From a virus (Duplodnaviria; Caudoviricetes): a stretch of 25,061 bases of DNA. The position numbers and the translations under genes were made by a program. The stretch spans positions 1-25,061 of IMG/VR virus record IMGVR_UViG_3300037243_000041. One strand, given 5' to 3'. Below are positions 1-7,606 of the stretch, one piece after another. Every line of letters starts with the position of its first letter. The stretch's first letter is position 1. The notes beneath the pieces were generated by a model. The model saw only the letters and a list, made by a program, of their open reading frames with translations. It had not been told where the DNA came from and did no database searches.

Positions 1-518
1 GAGCACCCTTGCTTGTAGGGTCCGTTCGGTGCGCGGAGGATCAGTCCCTCGTAACCTAGAGTTAGCGCGTGCTTCTCGTACTCGAGCACGGAATCCCACG
101 ACTTGCAAAGGTGCTGGTGAATCTTGATGACGTTCGCGGGCATCTTCACCCCCATTCGTCGAAGCCGCTCCTCGAATGGATCTTCGTATTCAAAATTATC
201 GAATACGTACCACCGAACGTCTGGCGTGCCGTCAGCCTTCATCACTGCTGAAACGGTTTTGTTGTAGACGAGCGCATCGGTAGGATCGCCAAGAATGAGC
301 TCTCCGTCGAAGCCCTGTGCGTCTTCAAAAAGCTCTCGAACGTAGTTGTTCGGAATTGGTTTGAACGTGCGCGAGAGGAGCGTGCTATCTTGCCCAATAG
401 CACGAACACCGTCAAGCTTGAATGAGGCGTAGAGCGGAAGATGTGCTTGCACGATGGCAAGCTGTTTGGCGTTCTTCGGATTGAACTTCGCCGCCAAGAG
501 TGGCTCGCTAATGTGCAT
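1..518 (-). CDS. ATP-dependent DNA ligase (phage type), 3' end runs off the window
   Basis: Hand translation from ATG at 518 (GAGG upstream): MHISEPLLAAKF...ASFKLDGVRA (motif I KxDGxR)...GFDGELI (III)...WYVFD (IIIa)...GYEGLILRAPNGPYKQG (IV). No stop before base 1, so it is not in the ORF track. Confidence 0.92.
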   Translation of the reverse strand, partial: MHISEPLLAAKFNPKNAKQLAIVQAHLPLYASFKLDGVRAIGQDSTLLSRTFKPIPNNYVRELFEDAQGFDGELILGDPTDALVYNKTVSAVMKADGTPDVRWYVFDNFEYEDPFEERLRRMGVKMPANVIKIHQHLCKSWDSVLEYEKHALTLGYEGLILRAPNGPYKQGC

Positions 519-681
519 TGCGCACCTCGATTCTGGCGGGTTGCTTTTCGGGCACTACGTGCTCCACACCGTTGACCCACACGGTATTGCACTGCGAGTG
601 GAAGTCTTCGTGCCACATTCCGCACTTCTGGCACAAGCTACCTTTTGCCCTTGGTTGAAGTTTCTTTGCCTCTTCTGACAT
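508..681 (-). CDS. small hypothetical protein (57 aa, CxxC..H..C)
   Basis: Fills the gap between the DnaJ-like gene and the ligase; its stop overlaps the ligase start region. The start at MSEEAKK is inferred and overlaps the upstream gene by 44 nt. Confidence 0.4.
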   Translation of the reverse strand: MSEEAKKLQPRAKGSLCQKCGMWHEDFHSQCNTVWVNGVEHVVPEKQPARIEVRNAH

Positions 682-976
682 GCCCTGTGCCTCGACATTC
701 TTTGCATAGCGTTGGTTTGTTGGTCCGTGGGTGATATTTCGCACCCGCCCCTTTGCACACATGGCAAACGTCCATGGTGAGAGATAACTTTCCATCATAC
801 TTTTTGCGCTGGTTTGGGTGAATGAGGACGTTGTACGCTTCCACGATCTCCACGAAGGTAGAAATGTCACCGCCAACGTCGGGGTGGTGCACGCGCGCCA
901 AGTCCCAGTAAGCATGTTTGATCTCCTCCTGTGTAGCGTCGTGGTGAACCACGAGAACTTCGTAGTAATGTTTCAC
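638..976 (-). CDS. mini DnaJ-like protein: J-domain plus two CxxCxGxG repeats (112 aa)
   Basis: YYEVL...ATQEEIKHAYWDLARVHHPDVGG...EAYNVL...RKKYD is a J-domain with HPD, followed by CHVCKGAG and CKECRGTG. The GTG start at 976 overlaps the upstream TGA (GTGA). Confidence 0.88.
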   Translation of the reverse strand: MKHYYEVLVVHHDATQEEIKHAYWDLARVHHPDVGGDISTFVEIVEAYNVLIHPNQRKKYDGKLSLTMDVCHVCKGAGAKYHPRTNKPTLCKECRGTGHVRRGKETSTKGKR

Positions 977-1158
977 GCGAGCCACCCGCGCTTCACGACC
1001 TCCGTCCAAAGCGCTTCTGTGGTATCGCAAGCTGCGTGTGCGGCGGCTTCTGCGGTGACGTTCATCTTGGTCAACTCCGCGTTGGCTGCGAAGGCTATGA
1101 CAATCTCTCTGACCAAGCCCATCTTCCACGCGCCGATGATATCTGCGCCGACGTTCAT
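973..1158 (-). CDS. hypothetical protein (61 aa)
   Basis: 4-nt start/stop overlaps with both neighbours, and a GGAGG RBS upstream. Confidence 0.65.
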   Translation of the reverse strand: MNVGADIIGAWKMGLVREIVIAFAANAELTKMNVTAEAAAHAACDTTEALWTEVVKRGWLA

Positions 1159-2057
1159 GCCAACCTCCTTCGAACGCTATGATTGTGGGAATCGTACTCC
1201 TTGTTTTCGCACCGCCGAGACGTCACGCGAATGACGCCGCTGTGGCGCATTTCGTACTCCGTGCCATCGGGCATGCGGCCCACGCGAGGCTTTTCCTTGG
1301 GAACGGGGCTTCCGGCCCTCTTGGGCGCGTCGTAGGCCACGAGGAGCTTGGGAAAGGCCCTTCCGGGCACGTAGTGAAAGCGGAGCTTCATACGACGGTG
1401 CGACGCGTCGCCCCGCTTGAGAGGCAGGTAGTCCTCCGCAAGCAACGATCCGCCGTGTGCTGCAATGTCCTCGGGTGTGACTATGCAGAAGTCCGGGCCT
1501 TCGGGGCGCATCGCCTCTGCCGCCAATGCCTGCACCATGAAGTTATTTTGAGGCACATGGCCGATGTGCCCAACGGAAACGACCTTCTCTTCGTGACCAT
1601 CGGGGAAGATCACGTCGTCGCCAATCTGCGTACCGTCTTTCGTGGCGATGATTTCAAGCGCTTCATGCAAACCCTCGGCCTTGAGTGGGCAGGTGTTGCC
1701 TTGGTCGCCGAGATAGGCATCACGGATAGCGCGGCACTCCTCGGTGCGCACCGGGATATTCTGCAGGTTGGGATCGGCGTAAGCGCGCCGCCCGGTGACT
1801 GTAGCTGCTGCGTTCTCGATGATTGTCTCCTCCGGCACCGCGTCTTCAATGTCGGTGCCACAACTGCGCCCTATTCCGATGATCTGCTGATCCTTGCTCG
1901 CGGACTCGTAAATCTCTACCGATGCTCCGCAATCCTTGCACGAAGACATCCAAGACCCCTCGATGCCTTGGATTCGTTGAAACTTGCCAAGATTGTGGCC
2001 TTCACCTATTGCCTCGTCCTGTGCTTTCTTCTTGAGAATTTCTATTAATCTAGGCAT
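1155..2057 (-). CDS. hypothetical mosaic protein (300 aa): N-terminal H/CxxC/C domain, PolA-like peptide, basic C-terminus
   Basis: AAGGAG RBS precedes ATG 2057 (MPRLIEIL). Contains GHNL...CKDC...C and [17 protein letters not shown]. Confidence 0.75.
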   Translation of the reverse strand: [300 protein letters not shown]

Positions 2058-2067
2058 TTCGTTCTCC

Positions 2068-2361
2068 TTACGCGTCATGCTTGTGCGGGGCGTTGTTATG
2101 CGGTGCAAGCCACTTCGGATTGACCTGTGTGCACTCCGCGTCAGTGTATTTCGTAAGTTGCCGACGCTTGGCATTGGCGCGTAAGCGCTCGGCGCGATGG
2201 ACGATCTGCTTGGTTGCGGGACGCATCTTAGCGTCGTTAGAAGGTAAGCACTCTCTGTAAGACTCGGCATTGAGCCGTGCGTTCCTTTCCGCGTCGATGG
2301 GCGTACAGGCCGTCATCTGGAACGTATTGCCGGTCTTGGTGACGAAGGTCTGGATGATCAT
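2068..2361 (-). CDS. hypothetical protein (97 aa)
   Basis: GAGGAG RBS; fits tightly in the operon with ~10 nt gaps. Confidence 0.65.
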   Translation of the reverse strand: MIIQTFVTKTGNTFQMTACTPIDAERNARLNAESYRECLPSNDAKMRPATKQIVHRAERLRANAKRRQLTKYTDAECTQVNPKWLAPHNNAPHKHDA

Positions 2362-2371
2362 TGCGCTCTCC

Positions 2372-2728
2372 TCACGAGTGACACTCGTTTACAACTGCCG
2401 GGCCAACGATCTCATTGGCCCGGCGCATTTTCAGGTCCACCTGTACCCACGCTTCACATGTCTTGCATGTCGAGCACGCCATTGTCTCGGCGTTGCTAAA
2501 ATTAATGAGCTTATGCCCTAGCTTTTCAGCCATAGCGCGCGCTTTCGTTTTCAGTGCCGCCAAGGTTCTACGTTTATTGCCGTTCTTCTTACGCTTTGGT
2601 ACCGGCATTCGTAGGCGCTTGGCAAGCGTTACCGGCTTCGGGGCGGAAGACGCCGTACGCGTCGGGATCGTAAAACGCCGGACTCCCACCCCCATCGTCC
2701 GCGCCGAGTCCGGTAATCGCTTAGTCAT
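2372..2728 (-). CDS. basic hypothetical protein with C-terminal H/CxxC/C putative Zn domain (118 aa)
   Basis: Operon position; K/R-rich N-half; GHKL...CKTC...C resembles the N-terminus of 1155-2057. Confidence 0.65.
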   Translation of the reverse strand: MTKRLPDSARTMGVGVRRFTIPTRTASSAPKPVTLAKRLRMPVPKRKKNGNKRRTLAALKTKARAMAEKLGHKLINFSNAETMACSTCKTCEAWVQVDLKMRRANEIVGPAVVNECHS

Positions 2729-2737
2729 GGTGCGATG

Positions 2738-3427
2738 CTACTTGCGGGCCGCACGCCGAGCGGATCCCGCTACCGGCTTCTTGATCTTGTCGTCGGTGTT
2801 GGCGCCCCTCTTCATCTTCGGCGCCGGTCCCTTGGCGGCGGTCTTCGACTTCTTCACCGGCACGGCTTCCATCTTGGCTGGCTTCTCGGGGGCGCCCTGG
2901 GAAGAGAGCTTCTTCTGCATTTCGGCGATCTGCTCTCCCTGCGCTTCGACGAGGGCTTCAAGGGCCGTCACGCGCTCGTCGAGGCCGTCGTCTTCGTCTT
3001 CGTCTTCGTCTTCGTCGTCGTCTTTGTCTTCGTCTTCGTCTTCGTCTTCGTCTTCGTCTTCGTCTTCGTCTTCGTCTTCGTCTTCGTCTTCGTCGTCGTC
3101 TTTGTCTTCGTCTTCGTCTTCGTCTTCGTCTTCGTCTTCGTCTTCGTCTTCGTCTTCGTCTTCGTCGTCGTCTTTGTCTTCGTCTTCGTCTTCGTCTTCG
3201 TCTTCGTCTTCGTCTTCGTCTTCGTCAACGACGGCGGTTTCGTGGATGCCCTCCTTGTCCATGCCGACGCACATGGTGTTGAGGAAGGCGAGCAGTTCGG
3301 GCTTCCCGGTAGGGACGTCGAAAGGAACGATCTTCCCGTCGTATTCCTTGTTTACTTTCTTCGCCTCAACCTGCGAACCGGCCCACGCCCTGATGATTTC
3401 GTTGTCTTCGACGGCATAAAATTGCAT
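2738..3427 (-). CDS. acidic-tract protein (229 aa): small N-domain, 80-aa D/E tract, short coiled coil, Lys-rich tail
   Basis: GGGAG RBS before ATG 3427 (MQFYAVED). It is the first gene after the 3726-3754 promoter, and the frame stays open across the repeat. Confidence 0.8.
   Translation of the reverse strand: MQFYAVEDNEIIRAWAGSQVEAKKVNKEYDGKIVPFDVPTGKPELLAFLNTMCVGMDKEGIHETAVVDEDEDEDEDEDEDEDEDKDDDEDEDEDEDEDEDEDEDEDEDKDDDEDEDEDEDEDEDEDEDEDEDEDKDDDEDEDEDEDDGLDERVTALEALVEAQGEQIAEMQKKLSSQGAPEKPAKMEAVPVKKSKTAAKGPAPKMKRGANTDDKIKKPVAGSARRAARK
2987..3226. repeat. 240-bp (GACGAA)n hexamer tandem repeat (minus strand) with three GACAAAGACGACGAC-type interruptions
   Basis: The + strand reads (TCTTCG)n; interruptions containing TTTG lie at 3023, 3101 and 3173 (spacing 78 and 72 nt). 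Confidence 0.97.
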
Positions 3428-3725
3428 GTCAATCTCCCATGTTGGCGAATACGCCATGGAGTTGTTTAGCGGCGACACGATACGCACGATGCGTATCAGC
3501 CGCACTGGTGGAACATCCATAATGCTGTTTAACCGCCTCATTCCAAAATGGCGCCTTGTCTCTAGCACTAATGAGGTAGAAGGTGGGCATTCAAAGATCC
3601 TTGAAACACGCGCCACGCTTGGCTTGGGGCGGATTCACGGGTGAATTACCGTTTTGTCGTATGTAGTTGTCGCATAGCTATGTAGCGCCGTAGCTAGGTT
3701 GCGGTTGAAGTTTTGTTGAACGTCA

Positions 3726-3754
3726 ATAATGCCGTACGCGATTTATGGGGTCAA
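3726..3754 (-). promoter_or_regulatory. sigma70-like promoter TTGACC-N17-CATTAT with AT-rich UP-like region
   Basis: Minus strand reads aaataaaattttaaaaatagtgc TTGACC ccataaatcgcgtacgg CATTAT, in the AT-rich intergenic gap upstream of the 3427 operon. Confidence 0.6.
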
Positions 3755-3898
3755 GCACTATTTTTAAAATTTTATTTGTTGATTTGTAGCGACTTAGCTA
3801 CTTCTTGATCTTTTCAATTGCACTTATTTTTCATACCAAGTTTTGTTAGTGCACTAATTTTAGTGCATATTTTCGTAGCAATGTAGCGGTAATCTGCA

Positions 3899-5152
3899 CT
3901 ACTTCTCCCTCGTCGCAGCTTCCATGAACAAACGGCTGAATAGGGCTGTGTCGTACGCTCCGTGCCGCAGCTCTAACCATGCATGTTCATGGTGAAGATT
4001 TAGCGCTAGCAAGCTAATTCCGTTGACGAATCGCTCGATGATTCTCAGGCGCTCTTTCTTTTTTGCCGCAAGCTCGGCATCTGCGCGCAACAGCTTCATC
4101 TCCTTCACCTTGTCGATAATGTCAGCGCACCCGGTAATTGTCGGGTTAGGGTACTTGGCCCCCACTTCTACGGCCACTCCATCGAGCGCGGCCATGTAGG
4201 CGTCGGCTCGGAATTGTTGCTGATCGGCACGCTCCTTGAGCTTCTTGATGGCGTCCCAAAGCTTCACGCCTGGAGTGTGTGCCGGTGGAAGACAAAGGAG
4301 CGTGCGAACGCTATTCTCCCAACGTACGCCGTGCTCTTCTCGCTCCTTGAACTTCTCTATCTGCGCTTCAAGCCGCGCTACTTTCTTCCGCGTGGCATCG
4401 AGCGTTACTGTAGTCGGCTCTTTGCTAAATTCTAGGATCACGGCTTCCTGGCTGGCGTTGCGATCGGCCAGATCACCAAACTTCTTCATGATGAGCGTGG
4501 GGAGGTGGTCCTCAATGGTTGCGCCGATGACGGAGCGCACTTCGCGAAGCTGTCGATCTAGATCGTCAATCTTGTGCCGCGCATCCATGTGGTTCTGGAC
4601 GTTGAAACTAAACTCTCGCTTCGTAGCCTCTATTTTAGCCTCCACCGCTCTAGGCACGGTGTCCCATGCAAAAAAAGTTCCTGTGCTAGGATCGAGGATC
4701 TTCATGATCTCCGACAAGCGCGCACGATGGGCGTCGATCTCCCTCGTTTGCTGCGCCCTCGTTTGCTGTGCTACCTTCAAAAGCGCTTCGATCCGCACTT
4801 TGTCGTTCATGCTTTGCGTAGTGGCGCTGTCGGCTAATCTTCGCTCAAGCTCATTGCACTTGATCTTGAGATCCTTCACACCGCCGAGAATGGCGCGGTT
4901 GTTCTCGGGAAGCCCAAGCTCTTTAGCCACGCGCTCTTCCCAGGCTTTCTCTGTTTCGATGGCGCTCTCAAGCGCTTTGACGCGCTCCTGTAGTCCCGTG
5001 ATCCTGTTGTCAAGAGCGTGGACGTGGGCGACGTGTGATGCGTTCGCGGCCTCAAGTGCCGCGTTCCTCTCAGTGAGCGCGCCGAGTTCTTGGAGCGCTT
5101 CCTTCACCGCGTCTGCGTTCATGAGATCTATCTTGATGTTTATGTTCGCCAT
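3899..5152 (-). CDS. long coiled-coil hypothetical protein (417 aa)
   Basis: AGGAG RBS; heptad-like E/K/L/A-rich sequence throughout; no catalytic motif recognised. Confidence 0.8.
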   Translation of the reverse strand: MANINIKIDLMNADAVKEALQELGALTERNAALEAANASHVAHVHALDNRITGLQERVKALESAIETEKAWEERVAKELGLPENNRAILGGVKDLKIKCNELERRLADSATTQSMNDKVRIEALLKVAQQTRAQQTREIDAHRARLSEIMKILDPSTGTFFAWDTVPRAVEAKIEATKREFSFNVQNHMDARHKIDDLDRQLREVRSVIGATIEDHLPTLIMKKFGDLADRNASQEAVILEFSKEPTTVTLDATRKKVARLEAQIEKFKEREEHGVRWENSVRTLLCLPPAHTPGVKLWDAIKKLKERADQQQFRADAYMAALDGVAVEVGAKYPNPTITGCADIIDKVKEMKLLRADAELAAKKKERLRIIERFVNGISLLALNLHHEHAWLELRHGAYDTALFSRLFMEAATREK

Positions 5153-5229
5153 TTCTTTCTCCTGTTGGTAGTGGCACAGTGTTTCGTCGATCGTTTTCTA
5201 TAGCTCTTTGGACACGGTGATCGCCATCG

Positions 5230-5421
5230 CTACTCCTTGCCTGGAAGCGGGCTATCGAGTGGACGGCTTGCGAACTTCTTACGCACCCTGGTGATAATGG
5301 AAGTGGACTTCTTGCGCTTTCTCCAGCGCTCCTCTACTAGCCGCGCTGTGGCTAGAGCTGCGCCTATCCATAGAATGGCATATAAAATACAGAAAGGAGT
5401 GTTATGGGCATGTGGCGTCAT
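5230..5421 (-). CDS. small membrane protein (63 aa)
   Basis: ATGA overlap with the exonuclease stop; hydrophobic FCILYAILWIGAALATA segment followed by RWRKRKK. Confidence 0.55.
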   Translation of the reverse strand: MTPHAHNTPFCILYAILWIGAALATARLVEERWRKRKKSTSIITRVRKKFASRPLDSPLPGKE

Positions 5422-5954
5422 TTCCTTCCTCCGATCATTTTGATCAACTGCGCTGCCTGATATCGCGCATCGTCGAGCGCGTTGTGCTTGGTGCCGAAGT
5501 TTGGAGCGTCGGCAATCTCCGGGTGGAGCGCACGTACCGTTCGGTAGCACCGATCGTTCCGGAAAGACCATGGCCGGTCAAGCCCGCACGCTTTGTACGC
5601 CGACGAAATAACTACGTTGTCGAACGTAGCACCGTTGCCCCACACCTTCGCGTCCTTTCCCGCTATGTCAATGAGCCAACGAGAGAACTCCTCAAGGGCA
5701 AGCGGAAGACCGATGCGCTCACCCGCGTAGAGCGCAGAGCGGGCTTCCACACTTTGCTGCATCCACCACATGACCGTGTCCGCGTCTAGTTCTAGCCCGG
5801 CCTCCATGCTCGAATTGAGCGTCACGGCGCTGTAGAACTGGATGCTGCCGGTTTCACGCGCTTCGAGATCGAACGCCACCGCGCCAATGGCGACGATTGC
5901 TGCACTCGGTCCGGTGCCCATGGTTTCTAGGTCCAAAGAAACGTTGTCCATCAT
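5418..5954 (-). CDS. DEDDh 3'-5' exonuclease (Rv2179c-like phage family)
   Basis: LDLETMG (ExoI), WGNGATFD (ExoII), PWSFRNDRCYRT and HNALDDA (ExoIII). Confidence 0.9.
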   Translation of the reverse strand: MMDNVSLDLETMGTGPSAAIVAIGAVAFDLEARETGSIQFYSAVTLNSSMEAGLELDADTVMWWMQQSVEARSALYAGERIGLPLALEEFSRWLIDIAGKDAKVWGNGATFDNVVISSAYKACGLDRPWSFRNDRCYRTVRALHPEIADAPNFGTKHNALDDARYQAAQLIKMIGGRK

Positions 5955-5955
5955 T

Positions 5956-6144
5956 TCAAGCCTCCTCTTTGATCACTGAAACTATTTCGGCCGTAACTTT
6001 CCACTCCTGCAAATTTCCATTGCGATCGACGTGGCTAACGGGAAACTCGCACCAAGACGCCCCGCCCATATCCTCCATGTGCTGGACTATCGCCTTTGCT
6101 GCTTGATGTCCTCGCTCAAGCTCTTGTTTCAGATCTTCGTCCAT
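5956..6144 (-). CDS. hypothetical protein (62 aa)
   Basis: GGAGG RBS before ATG 6144 (MDEDLKQ); packed 1 nt from both neighbours. Confidence 0.6.
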   Translation of the reverse strand: MDEDLKQELERGHQAAKAIVQHMEDMGGASWCEFPVSHVDRNGNLQEWKVTAEIVSVIKEEA

Positions 6145-6145
6145 A

Positions 6146-6343
6146 CTAACCCTCCAAATATTCTCTGCCGTATTCGGTGAGGAAGATGTGCCCACCCCTC
6201 TCTTCAACCATACACGTTCCGATCCTCGTCATTTCCTCCCACACAATGTTGCCCACTGGATAGAAGTCATCTAGATAGTCCATTTTCGTTGCGCCGCCGT
6301 TAGTATTCTTGATGTATTGTAGGTGCTCGGTGTATGCGCTCAT
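6146..6343 (-). CDS. hypothetical protein, possible winged helix (65 aa)
   Basis: GGAGG RBS before MSAYTEH; the C-terminal IFLTEYGREYL resembles the wing-LTxxG end of winged-helix proteins. Confidence 0.55.
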   Translation of the reverse strand: MSAYTEHLQYIKNTNGGATKMDYLDDFYPVGNIVWEEMTRIGTCMVEERGGHIFLTEYGREYLEG

Positions 6344-6545
6344 TTCTTCCTCCGCTTGGCTTGGTTGCGCGCCGCATTGGCCTTCTGCCATGCCATTCCT
6401 GCACTTCCGCGAGCGTCATCATGCGTCGGCTGATGACCTCCTCGCTAGGACGAAGCGACTCTTGCATCTTGCACAAGATCTCCTCGCGGCTTTTGCCCTC
6501 GAAGATCGTTTGCTGTGTCTCTCCTTTGTAGCGTGTCTCTTGCAT
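6300..6545 (-). CDS. hypothetical protein (81 aa)
   Basis: TAATG overlap with the upstream gene and AGGAGG RBS; its 3' end overlaps the next gene by 44 nt. Confidence 0.55.
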   Translation of the reverse strand: MQETRYKGETQQTIFEGKSREEILCKMQESLRPSEEVISRRMMTLAEVQEWHGRRPMRRATKPSGGRNERIHRAPTIHQEY

Positions 6546-6805
6546 TATTTCTCCTCCTTGGTTTTGGGTGTCGTGGTGCCGCGCTTAAACCAACACGTCA
6601 TTGGTTCAAGAACTTCCTGTGATAGTGCTCTCCCGGCATTGAAGCAATCCGGGTGGAAGACCATTTGCTCAAGCTTGCCGTCGAAAATGCCGCGCGTGAA
6701 AACGTAGGGCGAGAGAACGAGGATTTTCTCTCCGCACCAGTCACACTTCATAGACTTGCACGCGGCTTGAACGGCGGTGGGCGGAAAGACGATGATCTCA
6801 GGCAT
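6545..6805 (-). CDS. CxxC...HxxC zinc-finger protein (86 aa)
   Basis: CDWCGEKI...FHPDC; GGAGG RBS before ATG 6805. Confidence 0.7.
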   Translation of the reverse strand: MPEIIVFPPTAVQAACKSMKCDWCGEKILVLSPYVFTRGIFDGKLEQMVFHPDCFNAGRALSQEVLEPMTCWFKRGTTTPKTKEEK

Positions 6806-7109
6806 TCCACACCTCCTCCAGCATTCTCCAAACACTTGGATCTGGGAATAAGCGTATCGGAAGCCCGTGCTTCTTCGCTATGCGCACCATTCCTGGCAAT
6901 GGCATGGAGCGCTCGGCGTGTCCGGCGATTGTGCGGAGAAATATATTCAGCCGTGAGTGGTATTCGTCGTCGTCGTCGTCGTCGTCGAAACTCAGCAAAT
7001 CACCGAGGCCGCCTGACCAGCCGCACTCGCACTCTGCGGTCACTGGCATCCACGGAATTATCTCGCCGAGGCATTCCGGGCACCGTAATTTGTGGTCTGT
7101 GATCCGCAT
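6798..7109 (-). CDS. zinc-ribbon protein with short poly-Asp linker (103 aa)
   Basis: CPEC...CECGWSG followed by DDDDDDDE; GGAG RBS before ATG 7109. Confidence 0.65.
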   Translation of the reverse strand: MRITDHKLRCPECLGEIIPWMPVTAECECGWSGGLGDLLSFDDDDDDDEYHSRLNIFLRTIAGHAERSMPLPGMVRIAKKHGLPIRLFPDPSVWRMLEEVWNA

Positions 7110-7110
7110 G

Positions 7111-7407
7111 TTAGCGCTCCTCCATGTCTTCGAGAAACTTGTCGATGATCTTGCGCTCTGCCAGAAGCGCATCTCTCTGGCGCACCACTTTCTGTACGGC
7201 GGCAACTAGCTCACGGTAGTAATCGTCGTTGTTGGTGAGCGTTATTCCATCTTCCACCAAGTGTGCAATTCGCGCCAAACACATCCCGCGCTTTTGCAGT
7301 AGACGCACGGCCTCAAAGTAGGCCCCAAGCGTATTCTGACTTTGTATGCGATCCGCGTTCGCATTCTTCTTTTCTTTGAACAGCCATGCAAACGCACTCT
7401 CAAACAT
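7111..7407 (-). CDS. hypothetical protein (98 aa)
   Basis: GAGGAGGT RBS; tight operon packing. Confidence 0.7.
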   Translation of the reverse strand: MFESAFAWLFKEKKNANADRIQSQNTLGAYFEAVRLLQKRGMCLARIAHLVEDGITLTNNDDYYRELVAAVQKVVRQRDALLAERKIIDKFLEDMEER

Positions 7408-7410
7408 ACG

Positions 7411-7605
7411 TCACCTCCTCACATCGATCGTGTAGTTGATTTCTATTATGCGGCGTGCTTGCTCCTCCAAAAGCAATACAGCGTGGTTATCGCACACAAT
7501 CACTGTACCTGCCGAAACTAAGTTCACTCCACACGGCTGCGGGATAAGAACCGCCAGATCCCCGTCGCATCGCCCTAGAGCCGTGATCAAGTCTTTCACT
7601 TTCAT
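7411..7605 (-). CDS. hypothetical protein (64 aa)
   Basis: The MKVKDLITAL...D.DLAVLI start is a common small-phage-protein pattern; GGAG RBS. Confidence 0.65.
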   Translation of the reverse strand: MKVKDLITALGRCDGDLAVLIPQPCGVNLVSAGTVIVCDNHAVLLLEEQARRIIEINYTIDVRR

Positions 7606-7606
7606 G

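Noticed and set aside
1155-2057. Calling this ORF a DNA polymerase A
   Set aside because: Only one 31-aa motif matches; catalytic motifs A, B and C are absent.
2987-3226. Possible CRISPR array
   Set aside because: It is a simple coding microsatellite with no unique spacers, and no cas genes are present.
2415-3469. Poly-Ser (2415-3419 +), poly-VF (2735-3469 +) and poly-TK (2968-3228 -) ORFs
   Set aside because: These are stop-free shadow frames of the hexamer repeat; only the DE frame has an RBS and fits the minus-strand operon.
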